From assembly GCA_051530055.1 (NCBI GenBank), contig CM121343.1, positions 1,706,389 to 1,770,388 of the forward strand: a stretch of DNA of 64,000 nt. The letters run 5' to 3'. The stretch is from Neoechinorhynchus agilis (taxonomy: Eukaryota; Animalia; Acanthocephala). Every line of letters begins with the position of its first letter. Positions within the stretch are counted from its first letter, which is position 1. This document shows positions 24,501-40,300 of the stretch, piece after piece. A program made the position numbers and the translations under genes. The notes beneath the pieces were generated by a model that did no database searches, was not told where the DNA came from, and saw only the letters and a program-made list of their open reading frames with translations.

Positions 24501-25369
24501 ATTATTATAATACTCGCTATAAAAAAGGGTTAAAATGATGAACGAACCCATTTGGTTGCCGCCGCCGCCGTCGTCGTTTGTGCGAATAAGCACACGGTGC
24601 AAGAAGATATGGATCAGGCAAAGTTTCGTACTAAATTTGCTGTTTTGGTTCTCACTTGGTGGAGAACGTTTTATTAAAAACGTTTCGAACCTCTTCGGGT
24701 TCATTATTAGTTCGTAATTTTTCTTATGTCGATGATGATCCTGAACAAAAGTTATTATATTGATATTAAATATTTCGAGAGGAAGCCTCATGTAGAAAAG
24801 TTTTAGTTGTTTTGTGTTGTATAGCTTCATGTTTTTACTTTGGTCAGACCGTTAATGACAAATGTATATTTCGTCTGTTCACAATTCAAAATTTATCACC
24901 ACGAAGGATTTTCTCTTTATGATAAGTTATAGCGAAGGCCAAAGCAACAAATTTAATCTCGCACATATCGACAAAGTTTAATACGAAATCTAGATCGGAG
25001 ACGATCGACTTAATGCCCATATCTAAGTCGCTCTTCTGCTTTTATATTTCATTTCCAAAATATGGATTTGTTTAACAACGAAATATTAGGCAACATTTTT
25101 AAGCTCAAAATCAACGTGGTTTAACCTGCGGATTAGAGCTATACTATCCCTAAGTAAATGTGCTTCGGTTGTGGAAGGAATTACTTTAGGACTTTATTAA
25201 ATTTAAATATCATCTTCAGACGTAAGCCCCTGGGATTTTTTGATTAAAAGAAACTATTCTTGAATTGAAATCTACTAACCACTCGTCGTTGGTCGGAATA
25301 CGTGAATGAACGAACAAAAATACAGACAAAAACTATATTTTGACTAAGTTGTAAAGAAGTTGTTCATTT

Positions 25370-25553
25370 ATGTGTTCTTTGGTGATTAGAAGAATAAATA
25401 TTGATTTATTATTCTACATATTTCGTCCGTCTCGTCGGATTTCTTGTAAGTTTTCTACTAATTAAGCTAACTTATAAGAAATCCGACGAGACGGACGAAA
25501 TATTGAAAACAATAAATCAATATATATTCTTCTCATCGCTAAAGAACACATAT
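25370..25553. mobile_element. Outward-facing palindrome with degenerate hammerhead motifs
   Basis: Arms TATGTGTTCTTT...TTTCGTCCGTCTCGTCGGATTTCTT and AAGAAATCCGACGAGACGGACGAAATATT...AAAGAACACATA; cores mutated. Confidence 0.75.
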
Positions 25554-25711
25554 CTTGACTAGGATAGCAATAAGCTTTATTATCTTGTGAAATAATACTT
25601 GATTTTCGAGCCGCATGATTAAGTGTAATTTTTGAAAATGGATACTTAAAACGGTCTGTTGTAATGACAAAGAAAATCATACAAAGAAGATCTTCCGGGA
25701 TGGTGGTTAAA

Positions 25712-25805
25712 AATTCATTGACTGATGAGGGGGAGTTTCCTCTTTCAAAAAATTTCATAATAATAAAGGAATCTTTAACCGGGGGATTATGTACTCCACC
25801 ATTCA
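25712..25805 (+). mobile_element. Single pLTR-like arm with a hammerhead motif (G12 mutated), same family as 32161-32357
   Basis: CTGATGA(25722)-GGGGGAG-TTTC-CTCTTTC-AAA..., then CCGGGGGATTATGTACTCCACC. Confidence 0.6.
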
Positions 25806-26144
25806 AGATAAGGAAAATCTTGATTTACGAGCTTTCCCGTCTTACAGCTTAAGCTCAGGAATCTACAATGGCTCGCGGAGATGTGAAGTGTGTGTTAAAG
25901 CAGCGACATCGAAGCAGAAAGTTCGTCGTGAGATCATGTCTATAAAATTAGAGATTATTAGGTAAGATTGAATTATTCTTGTTTGTTTATGGCGGAAAAT
26001 TGGAGAAGGTTTTTTAGAAAACTTTACAAAAAGCGCAAGATTGTGGCTCTGAAATATTGGATTTAATAAAATCCTTGAATTTTCCGCCATAAAAAAACAT
26101 TATCAGATATTCCATCCAATTGTTCCTTCGAGTGGATGTGTATT

Positions 26145-26327
26145 CTCAATGGCGAATTGTTACACACTCGAGTTTTATTATTGAAATCTTCATTGCGACT
26201 TTTCAAGGCCTCAGCCTCCACACATTTAAAACTTCCAAGCAATGCTTGAGAAGGAGGCTGAGGCCTTGAAAATTCGCAATGAAGATTTCAATAATAAAGC
26301 TCGAGTATGCAACAATTCGTCATTGAA
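26145..26327. mobile_element. Outward-facing palindrome; right arm carries a hammerhead with a U3-A8 variant core
   Basis: TGC-TTGAGAA(26246)-G-GAGGC-TGAG-GCCTT-GAA-AATT-C-GCA; related copy at 49990-50145. Confidence 0.72.
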
Positions 26328-26441
26328 AATTATCAGATATCTCCGTAGAAATTAAGATCGACTCAAACGAATGGATAAAAACTAGACAACTGTTAAAATC
26401 ACCCGACCGTTTAAATTGAATTTTAGAGACAAACGTGCGTT

Positions 26442-26924
26442 TTAAAAATTCGGTTCATTGCTTGCAAGGTTCGGTTTAAGATCTTTTTCATATTCGCTCT
26501 CGCATTTTAGTTTAGCTACCTCCTGATTTGCATCATTTGCAGCAATCTTGACGAGCCATCCTTCATGGAGTGGATCTAAGTTCAATAGTTTAGGATTTTC
26601 AGATATTTTTGATCTGTTTGACTGAACTATTGTGCCAGAAAGCGGACTGCGCACTTCGGTGCTGGTCTTTGAACTTTCTAAAACTGCGATGGAATCACCC
26701 GCGTTCACATAGTTGCCCTCCGTTACAACATCGGCAAAAGTAATATTTCCGAACTGTTTCTGAGCATAGTTCGATATACCAATAGTTGCAACCCCGTCGT
26801 CAGGATTAAATCTCGCGTACTCATGAGTGTCCGCATAGAAGATTCCGGAGATGGATCGTGCCAATATACGGCACGCAGCACGCAAACCAACGAGCCCATT
26901 GCCGGCGAAACTGGAACGAATCAT
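26442..26924 (-). CDS. GCSH: Glycine cleavage system H protein, mitochondrial, 160 aa (start at the second ATG)
   Basis: YADTHEY, GVATIGISNYAQKQFG, lipoyl-lysine motif LESSKTSTEVRSPLSG, LLNLDPLHEGWLVKI; N-terminal MIRSSFAG looks like a transit peptide. Confidence 0.92.
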   Translation of the reverse strand: MIRSSFAGNGLVGLRAACRILARSISGIFYADTHEYARFNPDDGVATIGISNYAQKQFGNITFADVVTEGNYVNAGDSIAVLESSKTSTEVRSPLSGTIVQSNRSKISENPKLLNLDPLHEGWLVKIAANDANQEVAKLKCESEYEKDLKPNLASNEPNF

Positions 26925-27559
26925 TTCTGAATCAATCGGGTGTGCCGATTGTTCCACACATTGCTGAAATTCTTCCGTGGATATTGTCGTCATTAGTTAC
27001 ATGTTCGTCCAACGTTGCATCATCTTCAAGCATTCGGTCTATAGAATCGCGCCCTTGTTGCTAGGCGTTGCAACTCGTCTGGTTGTTCAATCGACTCGTG
27101 TCTCCCTGCGTCATTTGTAGAAAAATCATCAAAGTACGTTCAAAGTGTTACTTGGCAATATCGACTTATATGTGGTTATTTTTGCTCCGAAACCCTTGAT
27201 TTGTTAGAAAATCATTGAAAATGTCTCATTGAATGGGAATTTCCAAGGTTCATGCATGAAAGTCGAACTCACTCGATTTTCGCACATTCACTTCCTTCAG
27301 AGGCAATATTGGACGAAATTTCGCTTTATTTCCGCGCTTAAAATCGATTTGACCGGTATACTCATCTTTAACGTTTTATTCTCGGTTTAAATGCGATCCA
27401 GGAAATACTTTTCGTTATTATATTCACCACGACGGCAGTTCAAGGTGCATTTTAGCGAGCTGTCGTTATTGCGTAGGGTAAAAACTAGAAAATTGAATTC
27501 GTTCAGTTAAAATGATAACAACGCAACTCGGCAAGTATACGAGCAGGCGAGTGTCCGAC

Positions 27560-27700
27560 GAACAATTCATTGTTTTAGTCAAAGCGAAGTGAAGTTAATT
27601 TTTGTTAATATTTCGTCCTCTATTTTGGATTTTTATAAGTCGAGTGTATTAATTTGTAGAGGAAGAAATATTAACAAAAATTTAAGATCAAAATAATCTA
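27560..27700. mobile_element. Degenerate outward-facing pair of the family that forms the 211-bp satellite
   Basis: TTGTTAATATTTCGTCCTC ... GAGGAAGAAATATTAACAA; left arm resembles the satellite arm and 11855-11915. Confidence 0.6.
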
Positions 27701-28520
27701 TGTGAAAAATGCATTATTTTAAACAAAAAGAGATCTACTTCCTTGCAGCTTCCGAAGTACAAGGAATGCGACTCAAATTTTATTTTTGTTCAGGATTTTT
27801 AGAACATCCCTTCCTCGGCTTATTTTCCTGGCTAAAAAAAGGAAAAATAAACCTAGGAAGCGATGTTCTAAAAACACTGAATCAATATAATCGGCTTCCC
27901 AATGTAAACATTAAAGAATTTATTTTTGCATTGGGAATTTCTTTTGAAAAGGATACCTTTTTGTAGGTAATGGTTTTTTGATCCTCTTTTTTTCGTTAGT
28001 AGCTGCAAATTTGTTAAATTGAACAGTGATTTTACTGAAATGCTGAACTCTTAAGCGTCGTATGAAATCGTTTTTCGCTGAATTGATTTTCGACTCTATT
28101 TCGTCCCGCTCATTGGTATGAAAGGATAAGTTCAATTTAGTGATATTACGACCATGGAATTCCTTTCAGCCGACATTTCCGGAGAAACGTATAAAATCAT
28201 TAAGTTCTTACCCGAAGAATCAATAAATCAAGTCCCGTCAAGAACACCGGTTACACTGTCTGATGCTCATTTTGCCGTCCCGGAAGCAACAGCTGGCACC
28301 GAATAGTTTTAGTTCATAGCTATTTTGCGCGCTCGTGCATGTCTCACAGTGCCCATTAGAATCTGGCGAGAAATTCCTTCTGAACTTCGACTGTATATTC
28401 TAAGGTATTGCTTTGATTGCCGCCTACTAAGTTATGAACGGAAAACGGCTAAGTATAACTTGGATGGCCCAATCAAAGCTGACGCTTTTTTTTGTACCCA
28501 ATGCCCCAGTGCATTACTTT

Positions 28521-29571
28521 TTAATGTTTCTCACAAAGACCAAATACATTAAGAAAACAATCCGTATTACAAAGGCAATGGGAGTTTGGCCCTTTTTGAA
28601 TGCATCGTGAGTTGTTTGAGCATGTATAGTATCCTTTATGGCAGCATATTGGTGAATTTAGAAACAAAACGCTTTGCTGGTCAAGGAGACGCGATCTGCG
28701 TCTTTCTTTATCACAATATCCACCGACTGTCACGGATAGATTCGATGGAAGGTCCACGAGGAAATCATTTGCAAGGGATGCTTGAACTAGTTCCTTCCAA
28801 TTCGGTAACAAGGAGTGTTTTGCAATTACTTTGAACCAATCGTTGCTGCATGAGCAATCGAACGACGTGGAATAGATCACTAATTGTTTAAAGCTTTTGA
28901 TTGCAAATATGTCCCGAGGAACACGTTTCAGCTTATTGGACTCAATTACAACTTTTAGAAGGGCATTATCTATTTTCATCAATTTTATCAACGATGGTGG
29001 AATCTCAAATATTCTTCCACTGAGTTTAATTAACTGTAAGGACACCAATAAAACGAAATCAGGCAAAGCGTCAACGTTGTGTTTAGATATTGCGACGATA
29101 ATCTAACAGAAATATGATTTTTATCGGCACTATATCCCATAATGACAATTCAATCAACGAACTGTGTTCATAAAATGTGCGTGGATACTTGGAGGAAACT
29201 TTACTTTCACTAAGTCGTAATGTCCGCAAATCTGTCAGTGTAGAAAACGCACGGATTCCAAGGTCAATATATTGTATGTATTGAAGTTCGATCAATTGGA
29301 CAGATGGAAACGCGTTTGCTATAGCATCCATCGACACTGATCCTGAGTTCTCAAGCCTAAATCCAAGTACGTGTGGAATCGCGAATTCCGGCAAAACTGC
29401 ATTTAGGTTCGATATATTGTACAAATGAATGATCGCTTCATGAAACATCGGTAAGGAATTATTTAGATGCTCGCATCGAAGTATGGACATTGATTGGTAC
29501 TCGCTCCCTGCATTGTGGCATCCCTGGCAGTTAATCATTCTTAACAATCCAACAATGAACAAAACTAGCAT
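28521..29571 (-). CDS. Secreted or cell-surface LRR protein with LRRCT and EGF-like C-terminus, ~340 aa; one 28-nt intron; further 3' exons possible
   Basis: Signal peptide, LRRs (LTDLRTLRLSESKV), FDCSCSNDWF cap, CSNNSRC...CLCNTDC; intron 29103-29130 (GTGCCG...TGTTAG) joins the two ORFs in frame. Confidence 0.75.
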
Positions 29572-30316
29572 TTGCGGTCGGCCTGCAAACGTACTACTTA
29601 CTCCTGCTTAGGTGAAAAGGTATGACAGATCTACACAAATGCTCGGTCTTACGTACTCGAGTTTCTCTTTGATCGTCATATAAGGATCTCCCGTTTACCC
29701 TCCTCCCTCTCGAAATCTTTCACATTTGTTCAAGAAGACTGGAACAATTTGTTAAGTGCATTAATATCTTGATTTAATTGTGAACGTGATATCTTCACCA
29801 ATTCTTTGATAAATTGAAATTTGCGTTTTTTATTGCATTTGTCTTTTTCGAAATGCAAGGTTCCTCGGTTGGCACTGTTCCGGCCAATTTCCACATTCGA
29901 CCTAAGTCGACTCGCTTAGATTTATAGAGGCTAAGGGTGCTAAGTAAATATGAGTATATAATGACTCAGAAATGCGTGAAAAGACAAGCTAGTATTTAAG
30001 AAAATCCTCTTGCCAAAGTATAGACAACGCCCTTGTTAGTTTTTGTAATGGCAATTAGTATATTTTTCTGGTTCATCGAATTTCCTCCGAATAGTGCACA
30101 TCCTCGAAGAATCCATTGTTCTAATACACTAGAATCCTTTTTATCCGAAGTAATTAAGATCGGATACCATTCAGATAACTGAAAACGGGGGAAGTGGTTA
30201 AAAATCACAGTTGATAAAACTTACAAGCAATACATTGAAGAAGACCGAAAATTATCAAATAAATCAATTTTTATAATTCGCTATAAAAAGTTAGTTTTTA
30301 AAAAGCAAAATTTGGG

Positions 30317-30461
30317 TAGTTGTATTGTTGAAAATAATCATTTATCTGATCTCTGTACCATTGCACATTTTCGTTTTTTCGCTACAAGGTCTCTGATTCT
30401 CGTGAGCAACGGTAGTTGAGTAGGACAGCATTCTGATCCGGACAATTGACGTTCCACTGTA
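30317..30461 (+). repeat. ~140-bp dispersed repeat, copy 1 (immediately 5' of SGK3)
   Basis: High identity to 33974-34109, same orientation. Confidence 0.88.
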
Positions 30462-30471
30462 ATTTTATTAG

Positions 30472-33684
<3,213 letters not shown>

Positions 33685-33973
33685 AATATCAAAAGGCAAG
33701 TAAATATCGCCCCTTTTGAGGAGCGTAGTAAACGCTTGATATTTAATTCGAATCCATTGGGAAATTCCCTACACACACAAGGAAAAGATATCCCGGTTCA
33801 ATCTTTAGTTATGCTTTTTCTATGCAGATTTAGACGTACAGTGGAACGAGTCGTTTATCCTCGAAATAAATGGGACTCGACACCATTCAGGTACGGCATT
33901 TTTCGGATAACCGAAACCCCTATGTGTTGTGTTCTTAACATGTAAGCAAAATTTCGATAGATTTACATAATTT

Positions 33974-34109
33974 TAGTTGTATTGTTGAAAATAATCACTT
34001 ATCTGATCGCTGTTCCATTGCACATTTTCGCTTTTTTCGCCCGATTCTCGTGAGCAACGGTAATTGAGTAGGACAGCATTCTGATCCGGACAATTGACGT
34101 TCCACTGTA
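33974..34109 (+). repeat. ~140-bp dispersed repeat, copy 2 (3' of SGK3)
   Basis: High identity to 30317-30461. Confidence 0.88.
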
Positions 34110-35039
34110 CTTATAAAGTTTATTGGAAACCCCAACCATACTTATACGATCAGTGATGGCTTAAATAGATTTTTTATCCACGTTGACGTGTTTTGTCTAA
34201 GATTTTGAGCATTATACAAAAAACCCAAATGACCCAAACTGTAAAAAGGTGTAATTGAGTGTTCAGAGTAGAGCAAATGAGGTTCATAATACGTTCATCA
34301 TTATAAACTTCTGGGCACTTCGCCATCCCAGTTGCAGAGATATGCCTATGTTTATTGTGTAAGGTAAAAATGGGTTTCCTGGATTCCTAATCGTACCGAA
34401 GGGAAACATGAAGGAAAAAGTCTGTTTATCGGCCTTTTCGGAATAGGAAGTGGTGTATTAATTGTTCACGTTAATCCAAATAAGTAGACTTTTGCGATCA
34501 AAGTGATCTCAGTGCAATACTCCATATCTTTTAAGGGAAATCTCGAGCCCTAGAAATCGGGAGATATTTTTGCCCTTGAATGTTGAATGTGCTTAAATAC
34601 GTTTAAACGGATTATTTACCTGCAAGAAACTCCACATAATTCCTTTTTCGATACATTTTTCACATTGGATCTCACTTTTTCAACAAAAGAGCACTGGTTT
34701 TGCGGTTCATATAATAAAATTCTTGAACAAAAACTTAATCGATTTTAGATCAAACATTTTTTCGATTACGATTAATTTGTACGCTCAACCTCGTAAAATT
34801 TCTTTTTATAAATCTAGATGCTCCTGTCTTTTTACAGTCATAAGTGGGCAAAATGTTTGTAGATGAGGAAAATCCGCTTGTTTTCAACAAATAAATTTCA
34901 AGTTCAGTTTAAAATACGACATGACTTTATAGTAATCCGTTGCGGGTGCAACAAGCTTTAAAATGACCTTTGATCTCCTAATAGATGATTTTCATCGCAA
35001 ATAATCTATATTGGCCCATCTTAGAGGAGAGGAAGCCTG

Positions 35040-35130
35040 GCTGTGCAACGGGGGGGAACGCTGTATCCGTCTTTTTGACCATTTGACCAATAAGACACCT
35101 GAGTGATCCAGAGCGGTGGCGTGGATGTTT
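35040..35130 (+). mobile_element. 3' end of a CRE-like element (family B)
   Basis: Encodes AVQRG.NAVSV, then GACCAATAA...CCAGAGCGGTGGCGTG as in the other family B ends. Confidence 0.65.
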
Positions 35131-35739
35131 TTCGAACTCTTTTTGTTCATTCATATCGCCATTTCAATGCGGTTCATTAAGGCCAGAAGACCAAAACAAC
35201 AATAAGTTCACGGAATCAAACCTTCATCAAAACTATTTTTCCTTATATTTTCTTGTGCATAATTTCCAAACGAGGGGTGTATATTTTTTCTCAGACCGAT
35301 TTTCGATTATAGTGAAATTATGGTATTTCTGTCGAGTTGGCATTAGGGCGAAGAACTCGGATGAAGCTTCTCGGCACGGTTGGAAGTTAAAGTTCCGGAT
35401 CTTGTAATCATTTCACAATACGCGTACAAGTCTTAAAAGAGGTGTTAGTAATTCCATTTGTGGTCACACGATGCCCTTCAATGCTTTTATCGCCATTTCA
35501 GCGATATTTATGCAAATAAAAATACGTGTCCTCTACAAGTGAAACTCTCTAGGACGAAACTCCTTAAGTTTCATTTCTCGGTGTTCGCGCTTACGTCAAA
35601 ACTATTAAGCGTCCGGACGTCACCTGGAATCAGAAGAATCGTAGTACCAAGAGTCCACCAGCAAGACCTACATAGTGGCCTTTGCAATCGAAGGATTTCC
35701 TGATAACTGCGGCGATGGAAAATCCTTCGGGTTAATCAA

Positions 35740-37345
35740 TGTTAACTTTTGGGGAACATACATCCCGCCATACCCTTTTTGATTTTGATTTATTTGGAAG
35801 GAGGTAACTTCGCCTTATCAATCATCTAAAAATATATTTTTCACTTTAAGGTTTTTAGCTCGAGTGCGCGGTATCGCCTAACCCGAAGGTCGGGGGGCCA
35901 ATTATTCGCTCGAACGCCTTGCGCTATACTGCGTTTTTTCCATGATTTTAGCATTGATTTTTAACACGTCGCTGGTTAGAAGTTTCAAGCTAAAATTAGC
36001 TTTATTTCCGTCCATTGTGTTGGACACAGCGATGTGTAAGGCCTCCCCAAAACAAGACGTCTTTTTAAGTTTTGCTCTATTTCTATAAAGTTGGTGCCAT
36101 CAAAACCCGCTCGATGCTTACATGTTTCTTGATGGTTAGAGATTGCCGACGAATGCTCAAATCGACTGGAAGTTTGCTTATGTTGAGCGACCCCCTTCTT
36201 GATGTCCTGTGTCGTTTCTCCTATTTTGACTCTATCACAATGTTCACAGTGCATTCTATAGATCCCATGACTCAATTTTACCCTTCCTCTTGAATGTGCT
36301 TCTGAGAGCGATTCCTTTAGTATTCGATAGACAAATTCCAACCCTCCTTCTCATAATGGAGTAAATCATTTTATTCGTGTCATCATCAATTAAGTGCACT
36401 CTTTCGAAGTATGCAGGCTCGGGAGACGATTTGTTGTTGTTCTGCGGATGGTAGTTACAGCCTCGGATTCTCCGGTCTATAATCCATTTGGGATATCCCA
36501 CGAGATAAAATAAACTCTACGGAAGTAAAAAGTGACCGCCGAGATTTTATACCTCATCGGTTTGTGACTTTACCAGTGTGGTGGTGGTCCCCATGGTAGG
36601 TCCTCCTTGCGATAAAGTGAAGCTTCTAACTTTGCCTTGTGCAGAACGCTTGATCAGGACGTCCATGAAAGAGGCCTCACCGTTGATGCTCTCTTCATTG
36701 ACTGTCCACTGCATGTGTGGATTTTGACTGTTAAGTTCAGCATTTAGTGAATCTCTGTTATTGTTTGAATCAGTCAGAATGAATACATAGGCCACATAAC
36801 GCCACCACCGATTGACATGACTATGAAGCACCAAGAAAGTGGATTCCCAATCTCGTATGTAAATGTTGGCCAAGGTTGGGGCTAATGGCGATCCCATCGC
36901 TACACCATCTTTTTGATCATAGAAAAACCTTCAAATTCAAAGGCAGTCATGTTCATGCACCATTGAATTAGGGAATGAAACGTGCCAAGGTCCAATCGTG
37001 GTTCACTACAATTCTTAGATAGCAAATTAGCCGATAAATTGATCGTTTTAGTCAACGGGACATTGGTGAACCGAGCGTTCACGTCGCCCGTAAACATTCT
37101 GTAGTGCTAACGTTAATTTTCCTGATCTCAATCGCAAACGTGGGTCCATCCTTGACGTGCGAGGAAGATGTGCTTAAAATCACTCGTAATAAAGAATTGA
37201 TCCTTTTGGATAGGCGATGATTGAAAGACAAAACTGGCGGCGAAAAATATATTTTTAGAAAACTGACGAGGCGGGGTTACCTCGTGAAATATTTCAAATA
37301 AATCAAATATGCTATTACCGGGAGTATTTTCACCAAAAGTTCACA
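35740..37345 (-). mobile_element. 5'-truncated, decayed Penelope-like retroelement (RT + GIY-YIG) with ~100-bp inverted termini containing hammerhead motifs
   Basis: RT: DVNARFTNVPL, MGSPLAPTLANIY, WRYVAYVF (YVDD lost); GYPKWII linker; GIY-YIG: GIYRMHCEHCDRVKIGET...SAISNH; 35740-35842 is the reverse complement of 37241-37345, which holds CTGACGA(37263)-G-GCGGGG-TTA-CCTCGT-GAA-ATAT-T. Confidence 0.9.
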
Positions 37346-37355
37346 CTGATTAACC

Positions 37356-40300
37356 GTGCGTTCACTGAACATTTCCAGATTACTGCGGCGATTGTGCATG
37401 AAATCTTTAATTGTGACGTCACGTTTCCGTCCATCCTTGTGCGTTCACTGAACATTTCCAGATTACTGCGGCGATTGTGCATGAAATCTTTAATTGTGAC
37501 GTCACGTTTCCGTCCATCCTTGTGCGTTCAATGAACATTTCCAGATAACCGCGGCGATTGTGCGTAAAAGCTTCAATTGTGACGTCACGTTTCCGTCCAT
37601 CCTTGTGCGTTCACTGAACATTTCCAGATAACTGCGGCGATTGTGCGTGAAATCTTTAATTGTGACGTCACGTTTCCGTCCATCCTTGTGCGTTCAATGA
37701 ACATTTCCAGATTACTGCGGCGATTGTGCGTGAAATCTTTAATTGTGACGTCACGTTTCCGCCATCCTTGTGCGTTCACTGAACATTTCCAGATAACTGC
37801 GGCGATTGTGCGTGAAATCTTTAATTGTGACGTCACGTTTCCGTCCATCCTTGTGCGTTCAATGAACATTTCCAGATTACTGCGGTGGTGAAATCTTTAA
37901 TTGTGACGTCACGTTTCCGCCATCCTTGTGCGTTCACTGAACATTTCCAGATTACTGCGGCGATTGTGCATGAAATCTTTAATTGTGACGTCACGTTTCC
38001 GTCCATCCTTGTGCGTTCACTGAACATTTCCAGATAACTGCGGCGATTGTGCGTGAAATCTTTAATTGTGACGTCACGTTTCCGTCCATCCTTGTGCGTT
38101 CAATGAACATTTCCAGATTACTGCGGCGATTGTGCGTGAAATCTTTAATTGTGACGTCACGTTTCCGCCATCCTTGTGCGTTCACTGAACATTTCCAGAT
38201 TACTGCGGCGATTGTGCATGAAATCTTTAATTGTGACGTCACGTTTCCGTCCATCCTTGTGCGTTCACTGAACATTTCCAGATTACTGCGGCGATTGTGC
38301 ATGAAATCTTTAATTGTGACGTCACGTTTCCGTCCATCCTTGTGCGTTCAATGAACATTTCCAGATAACTGCGGCGATTGTGCGTAAAAGCTTCAATTGT
38401 GACGTCACGTTTCCGTCCATCCTTGTGCGTTCACTGAACATTTCCAGATTACTGCGGCGATTGTGCATGAAATCTTTAATTGTGACGTCACGTTTCCGTC
38501 CATCCTTGTGCGTTCAATGAACATTTCCAGATAACTGCGGCGATTGTGCGTGAAATCTTTAATTGTGACGTCACGTCTCCGCCATCCTTGTGCGTTCACT
38601 GAACATTTCCAGATAACTGCGGCGATTGTGCGTGAAATCTTTAATTATGACGTCACGTTTCCGTCCATCCTTGTGCGTTCAATGAACATTTCCAGATTAC
38701 TGCGGTGATTGTGCATGAAATCTTTAATTGTGACGTCACATCTCCGCCATCCTTGTGCGTTCACTGAACATTTCCAGATAACTGCGGCGATTGTGCGTGA
38801 AATCTTTAATTATGACGTCACGTTTCCGTCCATCCTTGTGCGTTCACTGAACATTTCCAGATAACTGCGGCGATTGTGCGTGAAATCTTTAATTGTGACG
38901 TCACGCTTCCGTCCATCTTTGTGCGTTCAATGAACATTTCCAGATAACTGCGGCGATTGTGCGTAAAAGCTTCAATTGTGACGTCACGTCTCCGCCATCC
39001 TTGTGCGTTCACTGAACATTTCCAGATAACTGCGGCGATTGTGCGTGAAATCTTTAATTATGACGTCACGTTTCCGTCCATCCTTGTGCGTTCAATGAAC
39101 ATTTCCAGATTACTGCGGCGATTGTGCATGAAATCTTTAATTGTGACGTCACGTTTCCGTCCATCCTTGTGCGTTCAATGAACATTTCCAGATAACTGCG
39201 GCGATTGTGCGTAAAAGCTTCAATTGTGACGTCACGTTTCCGCCATCCTTGTGCGTTCAATGAACATTTCCAGATTACTGCGGCGATTGTGCATGAAATC
39301 TTTAATTGTGACGTCACGTTTCCGTCCATCCTTGTGCGTTCAATGAACATTTCCAGATTACTGCGGCGATTGTGCATGAAATCTTTAATTGTGACGTCAC
39401 GTTTCCGTCCATCCTTGTGCGTTCAATGAACATTTCCAGATTACTGCGGCGATTGTGCGTGAAATCTTTAATTGTGACGTCACGTTTCCGTCCATCCTTG
39501 TGCGTTCAATGAACATTTCCAGATTACTGCGGCGATTGTGCATGAAATCTTTAATTGTGACGTCACGTCTCCGCCAACCTTGTGCGTTCAATGAACATTT
39601 CCAGATAACTGCGGCGATTGTGCGTAAAAGCTTCAATTGTGACGTCACGTCTCAGCCATCCTTGGGCGTTCGCTGAACATTTCCAGATAATCGCGGCGAT
39701 TGTGCATGAAATCTTTAATTGTGACGTCGTTTCCGTCCATCCTTGGGCGTTCACTGAACATTTCCAGATTACTGCGGCGATTGTGTATGAAATCTTTAAG
39801 CGTCACGTTTGCGTCCATCCTTGTGCGTTCACTGAACATTTCAAGATTACTGCGGCGATTGTGCATGAAATCTTTAATTGTGACGTCACGTTTCCGTCCA
39901 TCCTTGTGCGTTCAATGAACATTTCCAGATTACTGCGGCGATTGTGCATGAAATCTTTAATTGTGACGTCACGTCTCCGCCAACCTTGTGCGTTCAATGA
40001 ACATTTCCAGATAACTGCGGCGATTGTGCGTGAAATCTTTAATTATGACGTCACGTTTCCGTCCATCCTTGTGCGTTCAATGAACATTTCCAGATTACTG
40101 CGGTGATTGTGCATGAAATCTTTAATTGTGACGTCACGTTTCCGTCCATCCTTGTGCGTTCACTGAACATTTCCAGATAACTGCGGCGATTGTGCATGAA
40201 ATCTTTAATTGTGACGTCACGTTTCCGTCCATCCTTGTGCGTTCACTGAACATTTCCAGATTACTGCGGCGATTGTGCATGAAATCTTTAATTGTGACGT

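Noticed and set aside
26925-26993. N-terminal extension of the GCSH ORF (MTTISTEE...)
   Set aside because: The second ATG follows an acceptor AG and starts a transit-like peptide; the extension is probably not translated.
30395-30461. tRNA- or SINE-like A-box in the SGK3-flanking repeat
   Set aside because: No B-box and no cloverleaf could be drawn.
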